DNA from: Trichomonas gallinae
Taxonomy: Eukaryota
Length of the DNA stretch: 50,191 nucleotides
Reading direction: 5' to 3'
NCBI GenBank assembly: GCA_008369845.1
Contig: MRSU01003757.1
Location: forward strand, 1 to 50,191
Shown here: positions 1 through 9,486 of the stretch, piece after piece
How positions within the stretch are numbered: position 1 is the first letter of the stretch
Layout of the letters: each line of letters begins with the position of its first letter
The notes under the pieces: generated by a model
Databases searched by the model: none
What the model was told of the DNA's origin: nothing
The model's input: only the letters and a program-made list of their open reading frames with translations
Translations under genes and position numbers: made by a program

Positions 1-461
1 GGGATAGCTGGGATCATCTTCTCGATCTGAGCAGAAACGAACTCAGAGGCCTTGCCGGCTTCGCGCTCAGAAAGGTGCTCACCGCAGCAGTAGATGATCT
101 TGACGCCGTTCTCGAGGGCGAACTTGGCCTTGGCAGCAAGGAATTCATCGTCTTCCTTGAGGATGTCACGGCGCTCGGAGTGGCCGAGGATTGTCCATTC
201 GATGCCGAAGGACTTGATCATTGGGACTGTAACTTCACCTGTGAAAGCACCGTTTGGCTTTGTGAAGACGTTCTCTGCGCTGACCTTCCAGTCCTTGCGG
301 AGCTTCTGCTGGAGTGTTGGGAGGAAGATGAATGGAGCAGCAACGACAACTTCGACCTTGCCCTCAACCTTGGCACCGTTGAGCATCTCGACAAGCTTCT
401 CAGCCTCTTCGAGTGTCTTTGGGTTAGCCTTCCAGTTACCACCGACGAAGAAAGTCCTCAT
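1..461 (-). CDS. TPI: Triosephosphate isomerase, 5' part (runs off the left edge of the window)
   Basis: Not in the ORF track. Manual translation from ATG at 461 gives MRTFFVGGNWKANPK...GAFTGEV...ILGHSERR...IIYCCGEHLSEREAG, containing the TIM GNWK, GAFTGE and GHSERR motifs. Strongly biased GC3-rich codons. Confidence 0.98.
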   Translation of the reverse strand, partial: MRTFFVGGNWKANPKTLEEAEKLVEMLNGAKVEGKVEVVVAAPFIFLPTLQQKLRKDWKVSAENVFTKPNGAFTGEVTVPMIKSFGIEWTILGHSERRDILKEDDEFLAAKAKFALENGVKIIYCCGEHLSEREAGKASEFVSAQIEKMIPAI

Positions 462-471
462 CTTTGTATAA

Positions 472-476
472 AGTGA
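472..476 (-). promoter_or_regulatory. Initiator (Inr) element TCACT of TPI
   Basis: Minus strand reads TTTCACTTTATACAAAG-ATG, matching the trichomonad Inr consensus TCA(Y)(W) about 10 nt upstream of the ATG. Confidence 0.8.
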
Positions 477-735
477 AACGAAAAAAAATCAGGTGGCCGA
501 AAGTGCCTCAATTTTCTTGTAAACATCTCAATTTATAATTATGAGTGGCCGCATCCTTATATTTGAACTCCTGATTTTGGAGGCATTTCCAAGCACATCT
601 CATGAGAATAATTATTTTTGCCACTTTACATTTCATTTTTCAAATTCGGTTTTTCGATAGTAGATTTCGTGTTTCCTTCTTCTTTAGAGTAAAATCGTTT
701 AAAATTACGACTAAACAAGAAAATTAACGGGCAAC

Positions 736-1064
736 TTTTTGACACTTTACATAACAATTTTTCAAAATATTTTGACACTTTACAAAATATATATTCTCCA
801 AATAAAAGTTGAACTAATAAGGAGTTTTCTTAGATAGAATTGCTCCACATTCAGAATATAAATATATTTGTTAACTATGATAAATTTTATATAGATCCAA
901 TAGTATTTCCTTCACCTAATTCTCGTCATATTCAATTATAATCTTGTTGACAAAATAAAAAATTTTGACATTTTACAAAACAAATTTTTGACATTTTATA
1001 AATTCATTCAAATATTTTGACACTTTACAATTCAGTTTGTCAAATCATTTTATGACAAGTAAAT
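736..1064 (+). repeat. Cluster of TTTTGACA(C/T)TTTACA motifs upstream of SAC3
   Basis: Copies near 737, 770, 963, 986 (degenerate) and 1015, plus an inverted TGACAAGTAAA at 1053. Confidence 0.75.
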
Positions 1065-1095
1065 ATATATTATGTCACGTAATTTAGTAGCTTGA

Positions 1096-3201
1096 ATGAA
1101 TCTGAAGAATAATGTTGGAACCTGCAAAACAATGTGTCCAGAATCTGAAATGCGGGAACATATGAACCAATGGTTCGAAATTGATCCTGTTACAAAGAAA
1201 TTTGATCCAAGATATGCAATCAAACAATTTCATAGAAGTGATGCCGGCAAAGAAATTCTTCCATCTGATATAAGACCACTTCCAGTACTTCAAAAAACAC
1301 TAAACCACATCATTAATATCGTTATTGGCAAGTTAACAGGTTTAACTGAAGGAGCAACAGAATGGAACATGGCCTTGTTCGTTAGAGACAGATTTCGATC
1401 AATAAGACAAGATATTACGTTTCAAAATCTAAAAGGAAAAGAAATAATCGACATATATGAAAAAATCGCAATATTTTTTCTGTTTTGCGCAGTAAAATTC
1501 CAAGATGAACCGGATTTCGATCCAACTCAAAATATAGAACAGTTATCACAAACACTACTATCATTAGATGAACAGTACGAGCTTTATTTCAAAGAAACAG
1601 GAAAGCATTCTGAAAACGAAGCGGAATTTCGCGCCGCTCATATCCTTTTATTCATCACAGATCCATCATTTCAGGCTAAATTGGTCGCTTTATCGAATCA
1701 CGTCTTGGAATCAGCCGCAATGAAATATGTTCTCGATATAAGAGCAGCATACAACATGCAAAACATCCACAAATACGTCGCTAAGGCATTGTCAGCTCCA
1801 CTTCATCTTATGTGCGCTGCAATTGCAAGCGCCAAAGAATTATGGTCAAATTCTCTTTTTTCGTTCAGAGTAGCTTTTAGAACATATGCAATGAGACCAG
1901 ACTTCTTTAAAACGCAATTGTTTATGAATCCATCACAGTTTGAGCAGTGGAAACCATTTATGAGCATTCAAGAAGATAAAAACCAATACAAATTCGATAA
2001 AAATTTACCAAATATACCAAAGGCGGCAAAAGCTATTATACCTAATAAGTTTAACATTATTGTTCAAGGAATTAATTTCATAGATATTTTCAAAATTACT
2101 TCTTCAGGGACTCCACCTAACGTATACATCAAGGCAGACACATACGAACAACCCATTCAAGTTTACAGAGAGCCATCATCACCAGAAGTTGCAGAACAAT
2201 CAGAATCTAACTCAGAACAAGCAACACAAAGCAATTCAGAGGAAGAATCATCACATTCAGAGCCAGAAGCAAAGGAAATTCAAGCTCCACAAGAAAAAAT
2301 CCCAATAGAAGATGAACAAAAAAGAACTTTTATAATTCCTCAACCAAAACAGACAAAAATTGCACCAAGCATCATATCTCCTCCCGAAAACCAGAAAGTT
2401 AGACTTAATCCTTTCTTATTTACAATTCTCAGCACAAATAGGAAAAAAATCACTCCCGCTCCTTTGAGTATCATAAATGTCTGTCCGAAAGATTTATCAG
2501 GAACATGTTTTGCTACTGTTGGAGTTGCAGCCGGTGATGATTCCAACAGTTCAAGATTCGCAGCAAAAAGATTTAGAACAGAATCACCGATAATTTTCTG
2601 CGATAGAATAGATATAAACGAATCCACACTATATCTATTGATTGTACGCACTGATCTCATATTTACTGACTTTGCTTTAGGATCAATTTTAAATTGCGAA
2701 GAAAATTATTGTCCAACAGAGGATTCCAATATACCAAGGATCGATTTCAAGTACAATGAAACATCTCCATGCTTCGATTTCGATGCTTCTCTAAAAGAAG
2801 CAATCAGATCTGCAATAAAACCTATAAAAATGTTGGATTTATCAGAAATTCTTATGAATGAAGGCTCAAAATTCATGTATTCGCAATACGAACAGTTCAA
2901 GCAGGTATATTCAGATGCCCTCTTGTCCAATAAGTTCAGAAACTACATTGTTCCATTCGATCACAAGATAGTTACTAGAAACGAGCTTAAAAATTTCGTG
3001 AGCACGTTTAAGGTTACTTCTTTAGAAGAGGACGAGTTTGTTATTCCTCATTTTGAGCTACCAGTCGATGCTGGCTTCGATGCTGATGAATATTTTAGCA
3101 GTTTATCAGCACAAATTATTGGAGATTCTTCTATTAATGGACAAAGCTATTCAAATAGAATGGATTCACTACTAGCACAGTTTTGTGAAGGATTATATTA
3201 A
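1096..3201 (+). CDS. SAC3/GANP family protein (TREX-2 mRNA export scaffold-like)
   Basis: GTCKTMCPESE, AIKQFHRSDAG, PSDIRPLPVLQKTLNH, FVRDRFRSIRQDITFQ and ENEAEFRA match SAC3/GANP domain motifs. Confidence 0.9.
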   Translation: MNLKNNVGTCKTMCPESEMREHMNQWFEIDPVTKKFDPRYAIKQFHRSDAGKEILPSDIRPLPVLQKTLNHIINIVIGKLTGLTEGATEWNMALFVRDRFRSIRQDITFQNLKGKEIIDIYEKIAIFFLFCAVKFQDEPDFDPTQNIEQLSQTLLSLDEQYELYFKETGKHSENEAEFRAAHILLFITDPSFQAKLVALSNHVLESAAMKYVLDIRAAYNMQNIHKYVAKALSAPLHLMCAAIASAKELWSNSLFSFRVAFRTYAMRPDFFKTQLFMNPSQFEQWKPFMSIQEDKNQYKFDKNLPNIPKAAKAIIPNKFNIIVQGINFIDIFKITSSGTPPNVYIKADTYEQPIQVYREPSSPEVAEQSESNSEQATQSNSEEESSHSEPEAKEIQAPQEKIPIEDEQKRTFIIPQPKQTKIAPSIISPPENQKVRLNPFLFTILSTNRKKITPAPLSIINVCPKDLSGTCFATVGVAAGDDSNSSRFAAKRFRTESPIIFCDRIDINESTLYLLIVRTDLIFTDFALGSILNCEENYCPTEDSNIPRIDFKYNETSPCFDFDASLKEAIRSAIKPIKMLDLSEILMNEGSKFMYSQYEQFKQVYSDALLSNKFRNYIVPFDHKIVTRNELKNFVSTFKVTSLEEDEFVIPHFELPVDAGFDADEYFSSLSAQIIGDSSINGQSYSNRMDSLLAQFCEGLY

Positions 3202-3312
3202 TATTTTAGCAATTGTCTTCACAAAATATTGAAAAATTTTTCAATTGATTATCAAAGTTAATCAAATAGAATGGAATAATTATTAGCACGGTTTTGTGAA
3301 AGTTTGTATTAA
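3091..3312 (+). repeat. 111-bp tandem duplication of the SAC3 3' end; second copy decayed
   Basis: 3091-3201 aligns with 3202-3312, e.g. TCAAATAGAATGGA..TAGCAC.GTTTTGTGAA.G.TT.TATTAA in both copies. Confidence 0.9.
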
Positions 3313-3722
3313 TATTATTGTTTTTATAAATATATTAGATTAAAATGTATTAATTTTACTGTTTTTATTTACAAAATAGAACTTATTAAGAGAAACATTC
3401 TATAAAAGTGTAAATTGATCAATTTATTTGAGTTGTCATCATTGATGATGAGTGTGTGTTGAAGAATTATATTTATTTTTTTTTTTTATCACAATAAAAC
3501 TGTTAGTTATTGAGATAAATCTTCCACTTCTTTCAATGTATTCCATAACTTATTATCAAATGAATAAATTAATATTTTTAAATTTCAAATATCTTTATTG
3601 AGGTTTAAAGCAAACAGAAAGGATAGAGTTTAAAGATGATCAAATGAATAATTTAATATGTTAAACATAGAGAGTATAGTTTTTATTTCTAATAATTCAA
3701 TCAATCGAATACAATAATACGA

Positions 3723-4421
3723 TTACTGAGAATTTGGAGCAATTGTTGAAGTAACCTGTGGTTTAACCTCTTCAATAGCACTTTTAAGGTTAGTATAGGT
3801 TGTGTTAAGTGTTTCGGATGACTGTTGTGTAGCTTTTCCGAGTGTAAGGTAGCTAGATTTCATTCTTCTTGCTCTGAAAGCGTTGAATTTCTTCTTTTCT
3901 TCGATGTATTTTTGAATCTGTATTTTCTCTTCTTCTATAGCTTTCCTTACATTGTCCTTGCATTCATTTACCAATGCCTCCAGTTTTGGAACCTTGTTAG
4001 AGTTCTTTGTGCGCTCGATTTCGAGTTTTTGCTTGTTTTGGTCGAGCAACTCCATCTGGCGTTTCAGATTCGTTTTAGACTCCTTGAACTTCTCTGCTTG
4101 TCTAACAACGACCAAAAATCTTTCCTGGATATCATTTAAGTCTTCGATTGATCGATTTTTAGCTTCAACGTATTTATATTCCGGTAAAAAGGCCTTGGAG
4201 TACATATCCATGACCTTGCCAAGTAATGCATTGCATTCAGGAGCTTCTTTCGAAACCATTGTTTTAAGGTTATCAGTCATCTTACGTTCATATGCGAGAA
4301 TCTCGATTTGGCTCTGATTAGATTGTCTGGTAGCGTCAACTATTGTGTTTAGTGTCGATGTGATTTGCCCTTTTTTCTGATTTAGGACAATACTACCAAT
4401 GAAATTATCAATGACTTCCAT
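3723..4421 (-). CDS. Hypothetical all-helical coiled-coil protein (possibly BAR-domain-like)
   Basis: 232-aa ORF from the first ATG at 4421, K/E-rich heptads, preceded by AAAAGTGAC. The BAR guess rests only on length and helical character. Confidence 0.75.
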   Translation of the reverse strand: MEVIDNFIGSIVLNQKKGQITSTLNTIVDATRQSNQSQIEILAYERKMTDNLKTMVSKEAPECNALLGKVMDMYSKAFLPEYKYVEAKNRSIEDLNDIQERFLVVVRQAEKFKESKTNLKRQMELLDQNKQKLEIERTKNSNKVPKLEALVNECKDNVRKAIEEEKIQIQKYIEEKKKFNAFRARRMKSSYLTLGKATQQSSETLNTTYTNLKSAIEEVKPQVTSTIAPNSQ

Positions 4422-4679
4422 TGTCACGTTTTAATTGCTACTGTTGTCACTTTTTATTCTGGCAGAAACATAAATATTTCATTTTTAAATTCATTTCTAT
4501 AAACACACATCGTTTCATTAAAATTATCTCGTTTTGCGTATTTTTACATTTTTCGGATCAAAAGTGGCGCCTATCTACCTGAGAGCATGGCATTAGATCT
4601 TATTTAAGATGAGTACTTATGAAACTCGACAGTTAAAAACCAGCGAAGACTCTAAAATATTTCTTAAAAAAATTATTAT

Positions 4680-4962
4680 TGATTGAGCATTTTGCACATT
4701 GGAAATATATACTACTCATTCTATATTCATTATATCTTCATTCTTTCATATTAGTTTTATTTCCGAAAAAATATTCAATCTGATTAAACATTTTGCACAT
4801 CAATAAAATATACTATTCCTTCTATATTCATTATATACTCATTTATTCTTATTAGTTTTATTTCACAAAAAAATATAATTATTGATTGAACTTTTTGCAG
4901 ATTGATAATATATACTACTCCTTCTATATTCATTTTATACTCATTCTTTCTTATTGATTTTT
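4680..4962. repeat. Degenerate tandem repeat, ~101-102 bp x ~2.8
   Basis: Units start TGATT at 4680, 4781 and 4883 and share TTTTGCA.AT...ATATACTA.TC.TTCTATATTCATT. Confidence 0.9.
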
Positions 4963-5073
4963 CATTTTATGAATATTGAATATTTTGAAACTATTCAGCA
5001 GATTATGAGAGTGGTTGATTCAAGGGTACATTATGATAAATAATACTGTTTTACACAAATAGATAAATTAAAA

Positions 5074-5802
5074 TTACTTGGAATAATCGTGAAGTTTGTT
5101 ATTTCTCTTTTGTTCGGCAGCATGCAACGTAACATTGAGTGCTTTTTTACGCTCAACAATATCTGAGCTCTTACTCAATTCTAATGCATCTAATTTCTTG
5201 ATTAATTTATCTTGAAGGATTTGAAGTTCTCTTTGCTGCTTTTGACGCATCTGAGACCTTTTTTCATTGTAAATGCCTTCAATGACCGCTCTTCTTTCAT
5301 CTAATATACGAATCTTCATTTCTTCAGCGCGTTTCCTGTATTTAATAGCGACTTCGATATCTCCATCTCTAGCAATCTTCCTAGCTTGGTCTTCTAAATC
5401 TAATTGCTCTTTAACTGGTTTTTCTTGAGACTTGATAATTTCATACGCGAATCTTTTTTCAAGCTCAACGATTTGTTCGATATGAATTTCCTTCATCTTT
5501 AGGAATTTATCGTCAATTTTCTCTCTGATTTCGATTTCCAATTGTTTGTAATTTTTCTCGACTTGGACTTTGGATTCCTCGAATGTATCTTTAGCTATAA
5601 CAACTACTTCCTTGTATTCTTGCTCAATACTGTCTTTCGCTATGATTTTCTGGTTTATTTGCTTATTCTTGATCGCTTGGCGAGCAACAGGAACAGCTTC
5701 GAACTTGAGATCTTGTATCAACATTTGTATGAAGTCGTTGATCTCAGAGATCTCCATGTTATCATAATAGCTGATGTCCATAGGACTTATTTCGTCCTCC
5801 AT
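5074..5802 (-). CDS. Hypothetical coiled-coil protein
   Basis: 242-aa ATG-initiated ORF, E/K/Q-rich heptad pattern, no recognisable catalytic motif. Confidence 0.8.
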   Translation of the reverse strand: MEDEISPMDISYYDNMEISEINDFIQMLIQDLKFEAVPVARQAIKNKQINQKIIAKDSIEQEYKEVVVIAKDTFEESKVQVEKNYKQLEIEIREKIDDKFLKMKEIHIEQIVELEKRFAYEIIKSQEKPVKEQLDLEDQARKIARDGDIEVAIKYRKRAEEMKIRILDERRAVIEGIYNEKRSQMRQKQQRELQILQDKLIKKLDALELSKSSDIVERKKALNVTLHAAEQKRNNKLHDYSK

Positions 5803-5950
5803 TTTTTATTAATTCAAAACGGCAATAATTTATTTTATTTTTTTATTCGCAGATATATACCTCTCTCTTCTATTCATTCATTTTTGCACTTAAAATTGGG
5901 TTTTATTTTGAGATTACAAATTTATTTTATCTTTTGATAAAGCAAAATAG

Positions 5951-6273
5951 CATATTTTGACTCTATTAATAATTTCATCATTATCATTGCTAGCATATAT
6001 CAGACTGATCCACTGCTTATTCTAGATTTTTCTTTTATTTTTAAAATATAACCACTTTTATAAAGAGCAACAATATATTTTACTTCTACATATAGCTTTA
6101 TTAGTTCAATTACTATCATATATCAAACCAATTTTTTATTTATTGCAATTAATTCTTTGATTTGATTATTATTTCAAACTTTATTAGGCATAACATATTT
6201 TGATTCTATTAATAACTCCATCATTAACATTTCTATCATATATCAAACTAATCCACTGGTTATTATAGAATTT
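5951..6273. repeat. Degenerate tandem repeat, ~121 bp x ~2.7
   Basis: CATATTTTGA.TCTATTAATAA.T.CATCATTA.CATT.CTA.CATATATCA.ACT.ATCCACTG.TTATT at 5951 and 6194 (243 bp apart), with a more diverged middle copy near 6073. Confidence 0.8.
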
Positions 6274-6538
6274 TTATCAAATATGAATGTGTAAATCAAA
6301 TCATTTTCATGCGCATGCTCATGGTATTAACTTTAAATTAATCAATGCATAAAAAATCAAAATATAATTTGAAGATCTAATACGTTTTAATATATTTGAT
6401 TAATGTATTTCAAATAGTAAATAGTTTTCATGTTTAACAGTCATGTGCAAAATTGTACTTTATGAAAATTAGAAAAATATAAAATAAATGACAAAAAATA
6501 TGTTTGGTAATGCGAATTATCTACGACAAATAGCTAAT

Positions 6539-7168
6539 CTACTGTTTCTTTGGCTTATCTTCTGTTTTTGCTGGAGTTTTAGATTTTTCATTTTGTTTAT
6601 CTGGTTTATATGTTCCACGCTCAGTGCTGCCACAAGCATAGCAGATGTACTTTGTTTTTCCCGGATCATCCGAGAGACCATTGTTTGCGCCGCAATGTGA
6701 GCATATGAGAGCTTTGCTATTGCAAACATAGGTCCTGAAAACAGTATCAAGGATCTTGAGGAAAATTGAGCGGTGAATGATTGGTTTCTTTGGAGCAGAT
6801 GCTAAAGGTCTAACATTTGAGCGGAAATTGACCAAAAACTGTCTGTATTGTTCAATTTCTTTGTCATTATCAATCTCTTCTTTCTTACGAGCGATAATAT
6901 CATTGTTATCTTTGATTTGTCTTTTAATTCTTGAAATGCGTAATTTCTTGAATAAGAATGTTAACAATGTTAAAACACCAGTAACAGAGTAAACATAATA
7001 CAAGTTATAGTCGTAGCAAACAACAGCGAGTGTTAAGAATAAGAAAAATAACAAGCAGCTGTCATAAAACTGTGGTATATCTTTAAGATCTTGGTCGAGC
7101 ATTTTGTTGCGAATATTAATTTCATCAATTTCATTCGCTATATCCTTATCGCGACTAAAAATTCCCAT
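6539..7168 (-). CDS. Lunapark-like ER-junction protein
   Basis: Start MGIFSR (N-myristoylation-type) follows the Inr GTCACTTTT. Coiled coil, two adjacent TM helices and a C-terminal ALICSHCGANNG...YICYACG zinc finger typical of Lunapark. Confidence 0.85.
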   Translation of the reverse strand: MGIFSRDKDIANEIDEINIRNKMLDQDLKDIPQFYDSCLLFFLFLTLAVVCYDYNLYYVYSVTGVLTLLTFLFKKLRISRIKRQIKDNNDIIARKKEEIDNDKEIEQYRQFLVNFRSNVRPLASAPKKPIIHRSIFLKILDTVFRTYVCNSKALICSHCGANNGLSDDPGKTKYICYACGSTERGTYKPDKQNEKSKTPAKTEDKPKKQ

Positions 7169-8095
7169 TTTTAATAAAAAGTGACAAAATTTACATTTCA
7201 TTTTATTGATTTACATGACAAAATTATTCTCATATGACAAAATCATCGATTTAACTATACTTTATTTATTTACTATATTGTTTCTTTTTCAACTTCATAT
7301 GTCTCAACCTCTAAACACTTTCACGATCATTTATACAATTTTTTTTTTCAAAAAATCAACTTGCTTGAAAAGTCAAATACCTATGGATTACGCTTTAGCT
7401 GTTAGTCTTTTAACTCATGCATATATATTGAAGAGATCCAAATGTATGCATATGAAATACTTTAACTGGTAGTTATTCAGTTCTAGAATAGATATAAAGA
7501 CCTTTACAGTTTTTCCAATTTTTCGTTCTCGGATACATTATTTGACATCTATTAAGATAAAGAGCAGGTGACATAAATTCAAACACCATGTCATGTATAC
7601 TATAGTATATACCCATTATATCTATAATAGTTATATGATTGTTACTAGTTCATATACAGATATATATTTCACGACTTCAAAGAGTTAACAAACAGCGGCT
7701 AACAATGATGAACGTCTTCAATACCTAGTGTTGTTTGCATCAAGCTACTAGACAATCTCTTCAGACAGTCCTTACCAAAGTTGGGCTAAATAAAGATGCC
7801 TCTAGCTAAAAATCTATTATTTTTCAAAGATGCTGACTCAGAGTCAATTAAGAGAAGGCCTTAACAAGTATATCACTGATAATTATTTTCGGATCTTGAT
7901 GAATATTACGAGTTCTTAAACAAAGAACTTTGAACAACGAATAAAGAGCCGAAGTTTCTCAAGAAATCTTTGGTCAATTATATTTGCTTCAAAACGAAAT
8001 ACGATTGTTATGATAGATGCATTTGTTAATAAATTATGATTTGCTTAAAAATATAATAATATCAAACAATTTATATACATATTTCTAATACAATA

Positions 8096-8869
8096 TTAGT
8101 TGACAATAAGATTAAGAATGAATTTGAGTATGTTTCCGTCATCAGCTGAATCATGTTGAATTTGGCTCATATGCCATTTGTTCAATGGAAGTATTTGATC
8201 AGCATCATCACCATTGTTCCAAGCTATATTCTTAATGCACCATATGATGAAATAAATGAGAATTGAAATTATTATGAAAATCGCAATGCTAAAGAAAACA
8301 AATGGAGAATTGCTTCCATCTGATGGGTAATTAATTGTGAAATCCTGTTTTGACCAATATTTCTTATCGTAAGAGATTTCGAACTTATATTTTCCTTTAA
8401 ATAAAGTAGGACAGTTGCAAACAGCGTGGGTTCCGTTATATTCGCTGGGAACAGTTATTGATGGACCGATTCTGCAGTAAGGTTTAGTTGTATTGAAAAT
8501 GGCCGAAGGAATAAATGAGAATGTGATAAATGAAGTGAGATCATCGCATTTAGTTGGATGAACATATTGCAGTACTGGGCGTGGAAAGTCGCAAGCTTGA
8601 ACTCCATCGCCATATAAACCATCATTACAGGTACATTGGTTCATTCCCGTACATCTAGCATCACGGTGACATTTATGTTCGCATTTATAACAATGGCCAC
8701 CGTTTTCGGCATTACCTATATAACTCTTTTTGCAAACACAAATATTAAAATCTTCATCAAGCTCTGTATTATTTCCAGTACATGCAAGCTTTGCAGAACT
8801 TAATGAAATTTTTGATTCCAACAAGCTCTGAAAACCAGAAGTTCTGAATAAATAAAGATTAAAAATCAT
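8096..8869 (-). CDS. Single-pass membrane protein with EGF-like repeats
   Basis: Cys pattern CVCKKSYIG...CHRDARCTGMNQCTCNDGLYGDG (EGF-like), a following beta-rich region, then TM segment FVFFSIAIFIIISILIYFIIWC. Start placed at ATG 8869; ATG 8905 is an alternative. Confidence 0.8.
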   Translation of the reverse strand: MIFNLYLFRTSGFQSLLESKISLSSAKLACTGNNTELDEDFNICVCKKSYIGNAENGGHCYKCEHKCHRDARCTGMNQCTCNDGLYGDGVQACDFPRPVLQYVHPTKCDDLTSFITFSFIPSAIFNTTKPYCRIGPSITVPSEYNGTHAVCNCPTLFKGKYKFEISYDKKYWSKQDFTINYPSDGSNSPFVFFSIAIFIIISILIYFIIWCIKNIAWNNGDDADQILPLNKWHMSQIQHDSADDGNILKFILNLIVN

Positions 8870-8967
8870 TGCGAAAAATGTCAAAAAATAATCAAAAATT
8901 GACATGTAAAGTTTTAAAAAGTGTAAAATTAGACTCACAAATAATTTTTGAAATATTTTATTGTCAA

Positions 8968-9040
8968 AGCTTCGTGGCAAAATGGATACTGCGTCTCCCT
9001 TCTAAGGAGAAGATTGTGGGTTCGAGTCCCACCGGAGCTG
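8968..9040 (+). tRNA. trnR-UCU: tRNA-Arg(UCU), intronless
   Basis: Acceptor AGCTTCG/CGGAGCT, D-loop AATGGATA (A20), anticodon stem TCTCC/GGAGA with loop CT-TCT-AA, T-arm GTGGG-TTCGAGT-CCCAC, discriminator G; 73 nt. Confidence 0.97.
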
Positions 9041-9044
9041 AAAC

Positions 9045-9050
9045 TTTTTT
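9045..9050 (+). terminator. Pol III oligo-T terminator
   Basis: T6 run starting 5 nt after the tRNA 3' end. Confidence 0.8.
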
Positions 9051-9230
9051 CACTTTTTATGATTTGGACTGAAATATGACATGTAATATTTTTTTGCCAG
9101 TACTACGCATCAATCATTTTCCATTTCGTAGACACAGCTCGATTAACTATGCTATTCTATACCCATATATTGAGTTGCGGTGATAAAAATAATCGATTTC
9201 CATTAATTCTCAATAAAAATCTCAAGTTCG

Positions 9231-9345
9231 TTGAAATTTTACATGGCATAAATCAATATAATTGATATTTTACATGGCATAAATCAAAATCTTTGATAGT
9301 TTACATAACATAAATTGAGATCGTTGAGATTTTACTTGGCGTATA
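9231..9345 (+). repeat. 31-bp tandem array containing TTTACATGGCA
   Basis: Units begin TTGA at 9231, 9262, 9293 and 9324, with cores TTTACATGGCA, TTTACATGGCA, TTTACATAACA and TTTACTTGGCG. Confidence 0.9.
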
Positions 9346-9486
9346 TTTTGAGTGAAACCACTTTCTAAAAAACGATGACAATCAAAGGAAAAATCAAAAA
9401 TATCAACATAATGGTAACCGAAATCTTATATTATAAATGATTTGATGGCTGTCAATTTTTTTCATAATTTGTCACTTTTCAGAATA

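Noticed and set aside
75..476. Plus-strand ORFs of 133 and 125 aa
   Set aside because: Antisense shadows of the codon-biased TPI gene.
4606..4630. GATGAG...GAAAC hammerhead-like words
   Set aside because: No CUGA core and no supporting stems I-III.
5046..5077. Possible short intron GTAATT...AAAACAG at the end of the 5074-5802 gene
   Set aside because: Lacks the trichomonad branch-point/3' motif (ACTAAC..CAG). No convincing intron was seen anywhere in the window.
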